Shown here: positions 1-11,700 of the stretch, piece by piece
Layout of the letters: every line of letters starts with the position of its first letter
How positions within the stretch are numbered: position 1 is the stretch's first letter
Assembly: GCA_002633005.1 (NCBI GenBank)
Contig: NMRA01000122.1
Location: 639,430 to 703,429 of the forward strand
Direction of reading: 5' to 3'
DNA: 64,000 bases
From: Phoronis australis
Lineage: Eukaryota > Animalia > Phoronida
Program-made: the position numbers and the translations under genes
The notes under the pieces: model-generated
What the model was told of the DNA's origin: nothing
What the model saw: the letters and a program-made list of their open reading frames with translations, nothing else
The model's database searches: none

Positions 1-312
1 CAAACAGACACAGCATTTCAGTCTAACATAAGAGCATCATCTGGAGAAAGAGAAGAAAGTATCACTAAAATTACAGTGGCCTTCCCAGCAGAAACAATGA
101 TCATTGCACACACAATAATTATAAGGACTTTCTCATGAAATCTACCTGTTCTTAGAACCTGAAAAAACAAGCCAGGTTTACAGCATATGGATAGGTAATA
201 ATGCCAGTTGCCAAACTTGAAGGTTATGCATTTTCCAGTCTTGCTGGGGCTTTGAAGGCAGTCGATTTTCTAAACAATGAGATGACAGAAATGTTCTAAT
301 CTCAATATTCAC

Positions 313-3300
313 CTGGAAGCCTCTCTCAAAGCACCACGTTCACTCAAAGTTGTATGCTTGATGTCATCAAAGTTGTTTTGTTTGCTAGCACAACTCTGAA
401 ATTACAGAAGAACTGCAAATTTCTCTACATAAGCTGCATACTTTTTCAGATACTTGACAGTTTAATCCAAGGTAATGACTTTTTTAAAAGTGTTAAAACA
501 CGTTTTTAAGTAAACTGTCCAATGGGACTGAAATCACAATTGCTTATCACTGATGTAATACTGGTAACAGCTCACAAATTAAGAGAGTCCATGAGTAAGA
601 TGATCTTTTGAGTGCGTCCTATTTCCATAGTCACTGTAAACCTGGAACCATTATATTGATTCCTCTAACTTTAAGGTAAATTACATGTCGGTATCTTGGA
701 ATTGTTCACATTACAGTTTTCATGCTAATACAACGTAACAGTAGAAATGAAAAATATTTTGAAAAAAAAATTGAACAAAAGGAAAATCAAATTAAAAATA
801 CATCAAACTAACAGTGAAACTACAAAATACATGAACTGGATTTTACCGAGCAGGACTTGCTGTCATTTCTCTTCCAGTGCTTCTTCTCTTTTTTAGTCCG
901 TGAGGAGGCTTTCAGTGTTGCATGGCTGATCACTTTGGGGTTCAGGGAGAGCAGGCTCTGTAAAGAGATTAATGAATTATAGTCTTTATCTAGACTCTGC
1001 AATACTTAGTATCCTTGCAGTGGCGTAGCTAGGGCACAGGAGGGGGGTGTTGGCCGGCACACGGACAGGGGGGTGGCACCGACCAGGCATGGGCATCGGG
1101 GCGTCAGAACCAGAATGCAAAATACGTGGATTAGTGGCAACCAGGATTAGGTGGCAACATTATCGTCCTGCCTGGAGCCAATAATCCTAGCTACGCCAGT
1201 TTATGTGACATTGTGTGAAAAAGCATTAAAATTGTCTCGGCATGCTTTTGCAGTGCAACGAAACTACCACTTGGATTTTATGGAGGCTTTTTGGTAACTG
1301 GCTCTAACTGTAAAAAAATCTTGCCACGTGTAGTTAAAGCTGCATTTTACCATAGTTTAGCTGACAATGTGGAATTCTTAACCAGTGACCTTAGTTGGGG
1401 CTTAAAAACATGTAGTGAACCTGCAGTGAATGTCATAAAACTCTTCACTTGCCTGTGGACAACTGCTTTTTGCTCGACTGGTTTGAAACATCAAAAATGG
1501 TGTTAGTGGTCTGATATACGTTACATCAGATGTGCGCAGTCCATAAATTATTAATACAGATAGACTCATGTAGACATATACAAAATTTAAGACAAAGCTG
1601 AGGAGCTAGACATGACTCAAGGGTCTAGCAGTGAGATTCGAACCTATGAGCAGGAGGCAGACACTCAAACTGGGCACAGGGCCAAACTGCTTCCTCTGAA
1701 AATGAAACAAGACGATTTTTCACAATAAACACTACCAGCTCATCTGATCTTCAAATTATTATCAAATGAGCCCGCAATTAAAGTCAATGTGTACATCATC
1801 AACAATGGTTAGCCAGTCGCTGAAGATATTTTTGATGGTTTTTTAATAGAATTCAATCACGGTAAGGATCATGAGGCATGTTTATCATAGACTCAGATCT
1901 AACAGATCTAGTTATCACACCAGTGATGAATTCACGGAAATAAAACATTGGATAAAACAAATTTATGCATGAGGACCTGAAGACCAGTGAACTTTTTAAC
2001 TGTTTAGCTTCTGCAACTGAATAACTTGAAAAAAATTATCTCAAGATCATTTTACCCATAAAGTAGTACGATAAAAATTAGCCAAAATAGATCCATTATG
2101 TTTTGGTTCTCTGCTACCCATTGACTTCAAAGATTCTTTAGACTGCAGTATGATAACTCATCACTTACATAACACACCATGTGGTTGACAAGTGAAATTC
2201 TATTTTGTAAAATTTAATCTGTAACTATCAACAGAGTACCCTTATCTGGATATTTTTGTGACTTCTCTGTAAATAAAATGTTAAAAGAAATAAAAATGTG
2301 TTGCAGTTTTTATCTCCAATGAAAAAAGCATACCTTATTTACACAAAACAATCTAGACTTTCCGTATTTATTGAAAACAAGCTTATTTCCCAGAATCTGA
2401 GACTGTGAGTCATTTTGAATACAATTAAATTGATTAGGTAAACATCATATAATTTAATCGAAAAAATAAAAAATGTTGCAAAAGCAATTTTTATACCTGT
2501 TTCTTGTCAGTTGCTGTAAATTGAACAACTTTGTGCTTTTAATTTTTATTAACGTTCCGATGCAAGCATACAAAATGAACTTCATTTCCTAATTATCTGG
2601 TCAAAACAATTTTCAAATATACAATTGTATATTGTCATAAAATACAACCTATGGCATTGGTTTCAGTAATTTTTCAATTAAAATGATTACAAGCACCTTA
2701 TCAGTGACCAAAAAAGACAGGCACCAAATTCGCCATTCATTACTTTAGCACCCTCTTTTTCTCCAGACTAAAACTACTTACAAAATCAAAATTAGGTCAA
2801 ACATGTCGGACACTGGGTCGTTGAAGAATGCTGAAGCTTTGAAACGACGTGTTTGGTTTTGACTAAAACGCAACAAAACTTCTGAGATTCAATTTCTATT
2901 TGGGAGTACCAGCTTCAAGTGTCCAGTTCGGACCTGGTTGGGGTACTCACCGCATAGCAGTTTGTACAGCATTGAAGATTTACCATGGATTTATTTCGTC
3001 ATACTTCAATTACTTCCCTCTCGTCTGACATTTATGCGATGTTCAAAATGGCCAAAAAAGGAAAAAAAATTGGTATCATGAGATAAAGGTTGTATTCAAT
3101 GACCACCAGTCATCGTACTTGACATTGTTGTCTAATTCCACTCCACTTGTTGTCCACAGAATGAAATGTCTTAAGGTGGACGTTTTTAAGCATACACATA
3201 TAGGTCCCAGCACTAGTGCAACTTACCCGGTACCTCACTTTTAAGTGGAACATCCACAGAGTGACAATGAACACCTAATGCAAATATGGTACGCAAGAGA

Positions 3301-6118
3301 AAATCCATCTGCATGCAACCGCAGCTGATAATTACAGGCACACAGCTATTACAAGTGGCGCAACTTACCCTTGAAAAGTTACCCCGACACATGGAGTAAG
3401 TTGTCACAAGTGGGGAAAGTTGCACTAGTTTAGCATCCAGACCATACTCAAACCAAGCGATAAACTCTTTCCAAGAGTAACTTGTTCTAGGGTAAGTCTG
3501 TGTGTGGACGGTACTTAAGTTTCTAAGAACTCAATACAGCACAACCTTTTTTGGCGACTTCGCCAAATGCAACTCTGCGTCAAGCTAGGTGTCGAGCACT
3601 GCTGTCACACTAGTGTAAAATAAATATTCTAATTTATTTTTACCGTCTTACTAGATGTCATGAAACAACATTTAGCAAGATTCCTACTATATTTGTACAT
3701 GTGGAGATTTTCTCGCATACACTGGTCACCCCTCTGAGTCCCTAAGCCCCAGACTACTTTTACAATCCCTATTCATCACGCCCTTTGTATTGATGTAGAT
3801 CTGAGCTAATGAAGTGGAATGGTAATAGCTAGCACTACTTTCTTAACAATGGTGGTCATTATTACACCCAACTTGTTTTTTCTCTGGCATTTTCAAGTTA
3901 AAGCCAGCAATATGGAGAGCAGTTTTAACTTGTTACATTTTACATATTACAAATTAAAGACTAAAAAGTTAATTTGTGTTGATCTTGACAAAGGGCCACT
4001 TCCCAAATGAACGTTGGTTTTAAGTATGTTTCATACCTGTTTTTATTACTTTATTTTAATGCTCCTGTCTACTTGCTTTTTGTACCGGTTGCTGAGGGTT
4101 GCTATCTTTTTACTTTGTGTTTAACAGAAGCATTAAAATAATAATAAGTCAGTTAATTGTGAACACATCCCTGAATTTTCCACAGTACAGCTACACCAAA
4201 CATGTCACAGCAAACGAAACTCCACGTGCCATTAGTTCAAGTTCAATCTTTATTAGAACTCAAATCAATTATCATAAAATATATACAAATGTGCAAATAT
4301 GGTGATAGCCAAATTGAACATTTGGAACCTCTGGACAATTTTGGTTGTAGTAACTACAAAACTATTCTAGCTTTTCCTCAGTCACAAAAAATGAAATCAC
4401 AGCTCTTGCCCTGACTGACCAACCTCATCCACTGCTTGCACTCTTTCGTTGACTACAAAGCTAGCCATCTTAGTTGTCTTCACAGGTGTTCCATTACAAC
4501 TACAAGCTAACTATCTAAACTGGCGCATTTCTGCGAATAGCAGTTTCCCAGTTAGTGTACTACTCCTGGAGTAAACTATGAAGTAGTTCGGCATGAACTG
4601 GGCCATAAGCGATGTTTTAAAAATTATTGACATCTAATTTAGTCATTGTGTGTTGTTCATAGATGTTTTAATGTAGCTTAGTTGTATATTAAAAGAATAA
4701 TCCACGTGATATTGTCAACTCTGATCAGCGTTTGTTAATCACCGAGTATATGAATACGCACATGCAGTCGTTTATCTTCAATCGTACCCAATGTTTGTAG
4801 TTTTTAGCTTAATAGTTCGATTTTTAAAAATCGAAAACCAATCTTGGTTGTTTTTTCCATCTGAATACAGTTGCGGTGTTTGTTTTAAACGAAAACTATC
4901 GGTTAATACATTTTGAAAATTCACCAGTATGTACAGGCAGAGGTGTTTACTACAGTTTATGGTCGGGTAATTACACTTAATTGGGTCTTGCTCACACCGG
5001 ACAATGCAGTCATCGCAACTGAGTCAGACTCTGGCGCCACACTCTCTGTGATCCTGGTAAAAGCCACTCTGAAGGACAAGCGGTGAAAAGTCACGCATAT
5101 CTTTAGAAACGTGTGACTTTCGTTTAAGCGTATTATTCACGGCATGAGCAAACAGGGCCATCCCGGATTGCACAGCGCCACAGCGGCACTCAAATCTCGC
5201 TGTATTTACCCATAATGCCGTAAACATCCGTCAGGCACATTTGCTGCCTTGTTTTCGTGCCACTGGAGTTTAACATGTTATTTGTTGTAGTCTGATTCTT
5301 TACAATTTTTACTTGGTTGCATTACTCTATTTGTCCTCCCAATGCCAAAGAAGTATTTACTGCTGTGCAGTGGCCGGGCTGGAGTTAACAGACGTGATAA
5401 AGTTTGATAAACTGGTCAAACACCCATGGACGCATGATCTGAAATTCTTTGCCTTCCCGACATCAATGAGAGACACGAACATGTGCCTGATTTCCATTAA
5501 CGCGGTCACGCACTTTCTTATCCCTCAGGACAAAGGAGAGTTCCACTCTGTTGCAATGTAATCAGGGATGGCCCAATTAAAGTAACCTGACTATGCGAAA
5601 TAAATGGAGAATTACTGTATTTAAAACAGTCTGCGAGTAGTGATGGCGGACAAGACAGCACGGAATCACTTAAGAATGGATTAGTTTGATATCTGGACTA
5701 TTCTAGATTTAGCTGTTTAAAAACCGCTGCCGTGTCTCAGGCTGAATTAAAGTTGAAACCAAACATGAAGGCTTTATGAAAAGTCAACTTTCGTTTGTTA
5801 GTCAGCTAAACAGGACAACATTGAGAAAATACATCATCTCAAACTTTCTTGGTTCGGGGTTGGTTTACCGACTATAATGCGAATGGGTGAAATACAGCTT
5901 TAATTGGATTATCAATTCCTATTTTCCTGTCCACTAGATCCGTTTACAAAGCCAAAGGTCAGCGAATTCGGATGGGCGCTGTGCCAAGATCACTTCGAAT
6001 GCAGGTGCTATCGAACCTGGGTTCTCTTCTCTGTTTCTAGCAGTAGTGCAAATATACCTACAATAGAGACTGAACCTACCTCAATATCAGGTGGATCTTT
6101 ACTTAATACAACAGGCAT
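313..6118 (-). CDS. DPYD: Dihydropyrimidine dehydrogenase [NADP+], 5' part (exons 1-3); gene continues beyond the left edge
   Basis: Exons 6118-6080 ([13 protein letters not shown]), 957-847 ([37 protein letters not shown]), 395-313 ([28 protein letters not shown]), with GT-AG splice sites. Matches the animal DPYD N-terminus (human [20 protein letters not shown]...KKHWKRN...[22 protein letters not shown]); coding exon sizes 39/111/83 nt as in human. Confidence 0.96.
1018..1201. mobile_element. hAT-type MITE in DPYD intron 1
   Basis: TIRs CAGTGGCGTAGCTAGG (1018) and CCTAGCTACGCCAGT (1186-1200); GC-rich interior against AT-rich flanks; TSD not clearly preserved. Confidence 0.7.
1620..1684 (-). 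mobile_element. Degenerate tRNA-derived SINE head
   Basis: Minus strand GGCCCTGTGCCCAGTT...GGTTCGAATCTCAC contains a B-box; no complete cloverleaf. Confidence 0.4.
3210..3518. mobile_element. Possible PIF/Harbinger-like non-autonomous element fragment
   Basis: Ends GTGTGTGGACGGTACT followed by TAA; several internal (A/G)CTTACCC / GGGTAAG subterminal-type motifs; partner terminus not found. Confidence 0.3.
4959..5903 (+). mobile_element. Decayed THAP-domain DNA transposon remnant (Kolobok-like)
   Basis: Frameshifted THAP-like peptide from ATG 5342 (MPKKY/CCAVAG...LKFFAFP); imperfect inverted repeats 4959-5023 vs 5546-5594; ends ...TACAGCT-TTAA at 5903. Confidence 0.4.
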
Positions 6119-7399
6119 TTTCAACAACCCCTTCCACAACTTCTAAGAAGACTGTTAACACTGTGATTGGCAGAGATCTTACGTGTTTACCATAGACTAT
6201 AGGTGTTTACCAGTAGGTTGTTGTGTTAGAACTTGTTATCAAGGCTTATGTCAAGATCACGCTTGCGTAAGCTTAGAGTTCCGAGTTTACTAGCGTGATC
6301 TCGTTCTATCCTGCAACGCGCAGTCGCAATGATCCAGAGAAAAAGAAAGCAAACTAATGACAGTTAAAGACCAGGGCGTTTGGTCTGAGAACTATGTAAC
6401 TTGCAGAGAGAAGAATATTCTAAGAATATCGAGATCAATCCCGTTCGGCCTTGTCATGTTTAGCCTACTGACTGCGAGACGTACTCTTGGGGGAAAGTTT
6501 TTACCAGTGGAATAAGTACGTGATTATGCTACTGCATGTTCCGGCCGCTCACATGCAAAGTTTACATAACCATGCAGTGGCCCTGGTGTCCAGGTCTAAG
6601 TCCACCTCAGAGTTGGAATTGTTACCTTATTCTCAATCTAAAAATAAATTAACTGTGTGCCTGGTTGATGTTTGACTCAGTGAAACTAAGACGATACACT
6701 AAGCTGTTTTATTCTGTGGTCAGTGTGGGTCAATCGAGTAAAAACCCAAAATTGTTTGCTGATTACATTTCGTTAATTTTGTAAAAATATAAACTCTCAG
6801 ATACTATGATATTTTTACCACGATAAACGAGCCCCTAGTACGTGAGGCCTACCACACCACTCGGTACGTGGCTATAGTGAGATGGTGGGTAAGGTCTTGC
6901 ATAATGTTGGTGCCTGACTTATGTAAACAATCCCGCCAAACGCGTCATGATTTGCAAACCGCCTTGTTAACAAGACTGGCAACTATGAACTTTCTAGCAT
7001 GTAGTTCAAATTTAAAACTTCTTATTCGAACACTTTGTAGTATAAGTGATTGGATTTTTGACTGTGTTGCTATCTGTCGACTCTGGTTCTCCAAGGCATT
7101 TTTACTGAAGAACCACGACACCCAACACGATGAATGAGCATTTTGTTTTTCGACATACGCATCCACCGGCACTCAACACGTATATATTATGTAATGACAA
7201 CAGATCCCAGACCCTGTACATTCTGAAAGGTTACACATATCCTTGATTTTAAAACCTTCATCTCTTTTAATATCAACCATACTTCCACCAAGTTACATCT
7301 GTTCCTGATTCCCGCTGATATTTTGTTTGTTGTTTCCTTTTTCATTTTGTCTGTGTCATTTTACTAGTGCTTGGTCGTTCTGCAGTATTACTAATCGAT

Positions 7400-7586
7400 T
7401 TTGGTGCCGTGGTTCCCCCCCCCCCCAAACACTAAAACTGCACACATTTAAATGTTGTTTCATCCGTATAATTTTAATTACCGGGGTTAATTAATAAACT
7501 CAACATTTCCCTACGCTCTAGCTGTTTTATTTTTTTTTGCGGCAGCCAAGGGGGGGCCTACCCCCCCCCCCCTAAATCCGCCTATG
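7400..7586 (-). mobile_element. hAT-type terminus fragment
   Basis: Minus strand begins CATAGGCGGATTTAG followed by G-run/C-run, the same layout as the hAT end at 60821. Confidence 0.5.
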
Positions 7587-8575
7587 TCTTCATCCCGTTT
7601 TCTGCAACCGGGTGTGAATGTTTGTCATTTTTCAAAGTGGAAACTTGTTAAACGGCTAAAACACTAATTTAGAAAAAAATTATTAAATGATTTAAAAGAT
7701 GCGGAATTCCTGTTTTATGCAATTATATAGTGGTGTATTTAATCTGCCGCTTGCTAACCAGCGCGGTTCGCTGTACTATGCAGCTCGAGTTGTGGTATTC
7801 TCGCATTAGAGTCGTGTTCCCCATGACTTCATCAGACTCACTTGTGGGTGTAGGGTTGATGTTGCTCCTGGGTATTTGAGTGACTAAGAGTCGCGGGACT
7901 GTCCCGGCATGTCAGGGTGGGACAGTATTGCACGAGAAAACTGCTCTTGCTTTTCAGTCAACAGATCCTCACAGCAGTGACGTCACGGAAAGTAGAATGA
8001 GGTGGTTGCGTCGAGCTGGAGGGCGCGAAATGGCACTGTCTCGAAATGAAGGCCTTACATTCGACGCAGTCAGTTGAATATCGATAGACATGTCTCGACT
8101 TCCAGAGTATGACAGTCGCTAGTTACTTAAATATTTCAAGAAGAAAACAACCTTTTTAATGTTTTTTTTCCTCATGCCAGAATGTAATTGACCCTGTGGG
8201 TTTATATTCTGGGCAATACAGTACCGGTTGTGTGCGGTCCATTCGATTCGATGACCGTTTCCTTAGTTTACACCAACTTGAAAGACGGTCCTCTTAATCT
8301 CAAGATAACGCCTGTGAAAACTGAACTCCTACAGCACGCAGAAATTATAAGATTGTGTACAACAAGGTCACCAGGTCAATAGGTCAATAATTTTCAAGCA
8401 ATAAACACACTCTCGGCATTTTACGATGCAGTGAGTAATAAGTTTTTGGATCAGTAATTAATGTATTTGTGAAAATAATCTTATTTAAATTTTTGAAAGT
8501 AACTACAAATATTACTGTTGTAGAAAAATGGACAATTAAGTTTTTGTTACATCTGGTTTTGAGACTACGCTTGGT

Positions 8576-8589
8576 GTTGCCATGTGACC
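8576..8589 (+). promoter_or_regulatory. RFX X-box-like site upstream of CIMAP2/LEXM
   Basis: GTTGCCATGTGACC has a perfect GTTGCCATG half-site, 125 bp upstream of the ATG of a ciliary gene. Confidence 0.6.
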
Positions 8590-8700
8590 ACACCAGGCGC
8601 TCATTGATGATCAAACAGACTACTGATCACTGTCCATTTCAGCTACAGTAGCGGCTTACGCATGACTGTTGATTTATGATTGCATGTAGAAATAGACGGA

Positions 8701-11700
8701 ATGGGGGACAAAAAATTCAAAGGAGCCCCATTTGGGACTCAAAAAGCCAGGTGAGTAAGAGAACATCTCTGATCGTCCGGCGACAGTGCGTGAACCGAGA
8801 AGCACTTGTCGCTGTTGAGTGTTGCTAGTCAGTGGCTTGTTTCTTTATGTGTCTGATGCTTCTAAGTTGGTACCTAAAGTTGGATTTTCACATTGTGCAA
8901 TAAATTGCTGTTATGATTAACCCACCACATTTTGATTTATGAAGTGAGTGATGTTCACCCGCCTGATATGAAACTGGGTAGGTGTCCCGAGAGCCCCCAA
9001 AAAGGAACACAACTCGTATATCATAGATAACACAAGGCGGTGACACATCCTAATCCATACCGTATGCCTGAAGATTTTCTACTAATCATGCTTAATCCTG
9101 GATTTAGAACCTATGAAAATCACGTTATTTTTAGCCAATATTCACCTCAAATAGCCGCATGCTTTCAACCATTGTCTCACTCATTTGCATGGACTTCACT
9201 GATTCTGTGCTCACTAGACTGGTAATTTTCAGAAGACACAATTCGCACACCGCGATTAGTCTGGGTAAAAAATAAAAATGTTTATCATCCCCACCCACAG
9301 CCAAAAATTTGCCACACTGATTTTTTATTTCAAAAAGTTTTGTTTGCAAGTATCAGTGAAAAGCATTGTACTCGCACAGAGTATGAAAATTCATCAATAT
9401 AACACCAGATGGTCCCGTGGCATAGTGCACGCCTTCTAGGTATATGGGAAGTGCAAGTCATATTGTCTGTTCTGCCACACATCTGTGGTTGATTGATCTA
9501 TAGTGGACGCAGGTTCTTGCGGCGACACCACTTGCGGCGACACAAAATAAAAAAATGCCATTTCTGGATGAGCCCCAGATGATAGACATGTTTATTTTTA
9601 CAGCCAGTATTAAAATGCCGTAAATTATTGTTAGGCTGTGCTCAGCTTAATAGCTGGACAACAGGATCTTATCCATGTGTTTGTCGTTGTCTCATACACC
9701 ATGCATGAAATCAAAATCTCGGAAAGTTTCCAGGCTCGCTTTTTTATTCTTAGTAGCCTCATTCCAGCATCCATCATATGTACTTGTCTAGATGGCTAGC
9801 TATCCTATAATTGGTATCATTCATTGGTTGCGATATTTGGTCAGTGAATGATCCAATTCACTGGAGCTGGCAATCGACAACCACGTAATGCTATGGCAAG
9901 ATTGAGATGGGATACTTCTAGTTGATTTCATTTGGAATGGATAGATGAAAACTGCATTCCCTTTATTACATATATGGTGTATGAGAGTTTTTTTAAATGA
10001 TAAGCTGCCATGCAGTGAGCTAGACAAGGTAATTGGTTTCTGTTGAAATGAATGTTAGCCACAGTTTTATGATGGGCTAGTCAACAGAATACACAAACTC
10101 AGTTCCTCTTGTGCGTGAATCTGGATCCATCTCTTTGTAAAGTGCATTGCTTTTGTGTTTTTGTCTACCAGACTTGGTAGTGATATGTGGTATAAATTCT
10201 TCTCCAAGATCTGTTTATAACTGTCCCTATGCTAAAACTATAGTACACAAAAGATTGCATTATTTTACATTACAAAGTTGATGTCCTCTGTTGTCCTTTC
10301 AGATTTGATGTTTCTGCTGTCCACCCACAGAGCAAAGCTCCTGGTTCATTCACTGAGGTGCCTTACTGTAGCAAAACAATGGAAGAACTGGTAGGTGTAT
10401 GGAAGAAATACTGATAAAGATCAGAGAAGAATAATTCATGGTTGTGTTGTGTGCTGAAACTCTGCCATCATGCATTATCAGTCATGTTACTGTTACTGTC
10501 ACCAATGGTATGTAAGAAGGGTCAAGAAACTGTCAGCCAAATGAACTTTTAACTGAATGGCTTGTATTAAAAAGGCTCTATTCCTGACTAGACCATTCTC
10601 AATTCACTGCACTCCTGTCATAAGCTATGTCTGCCCCTTCAATGCAATGAGATGGTTAAAGATGTGACCACCAGCAAAAGCGTGTTTGCATGAAATGAAA
10701 ACTTATAGACATCCATTTACTATACAGTTACTCACACATGAAATAGTCTGCTGCATAACTTTTTCTTGTTCTTTTTACGTCAACATGTATCACAGTCATT
10801 TTATATTTTTTTCAGAACCGCCTACGGGGTCCTGGTCGATATTTGACAGAAATTGGTGGGTTCCACTCGGCCAGTGTTGACCTGCGAGCATCAGGCCCAG
10901 GGTGGGCAAGAGCCTATGAAGTGATGAGAATGGCTAAGATGCCTCACTTGCTACACAAAGAACAATGGGAAGAGAAGAGATTACTGGTCAGTTGTGGCTT
11001 TTTGTATAGTGTTAATGGCTAGATTTAAAGGTCTTCTTTCCACTTTTTGTATTAGTAATGGCTGGTTTAAAGATATTGTCTTTCCTTCATGTGTTAATGA
11101 TGGCTGGTTTAAAGACAGCACTCTTTCCGTTTTATGTATCAATAATGGATGGATTTAAAGACACTATATCTGCTTGATGTAGTGGTAATGGCTACTTTAA
11201 CAATTTCACAGTTAAAAATCTTGTTGCCTTTCTTGCTGCTAAGGCATTCTCATAAACAATGTTCTTTTCTTGTGAATAAACTTATTTCCTCATGAGCTGC
11301 AGATCTTTTCTCCTGTGGCAGTTGTGTTTTTATAAATATAATTCTTCTCACATTAACTTAAATGTTCCCAGTTGTGGTGTTCAGACAGATTTTTCACTTC
11401 GGGCCTAGCACCTGCTCCAAGCGCATGTAACTCATGCAGAATGTGGTTCATGAGAAAAGAACTACAGCCTATTTAAAATAATTTTATTGGTGAGAAAAAT
11501 GTTGCTTAGTAGAACTCCTGTGCAGACCATGATGGAGGCAGATTGCCGTCCCTGAAGTTGAAATGTATGTTCCATCATTACTACCAAGCAGCAACTGCAG
11601 CAACTGACTTATTATAGACTTGATAATTTTTCTTTTGCATTTATTAATTTCAAGCCTGAGGGAAATAATTCTAATCTTTCTAATCATGCTTGTAAGTTCA

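Noticed and set aside
1-45. Box C/D snoRNA-like start (ATGATG...CTGA) with TATGTTAGACT resembling an antisense to 28S GAGUCUAACA, or a selenocysteine TGA in DPYD
   Set aside because: Box C is imperfect, the complementarity overlaps the putative box, the element is cut by the window edge, and downstream codons do not match CLKCADAP.
820-1002. 60-aa ORF as a standalone gene
   Set aside because: It is DPYD exon 2 plus intronic flanks.
1620-1684. tRNA gene
   Set aside because: Only a B-box/T-arm is recognisable; no acceptor stem or anticodon arm. Same for 57470-57550.
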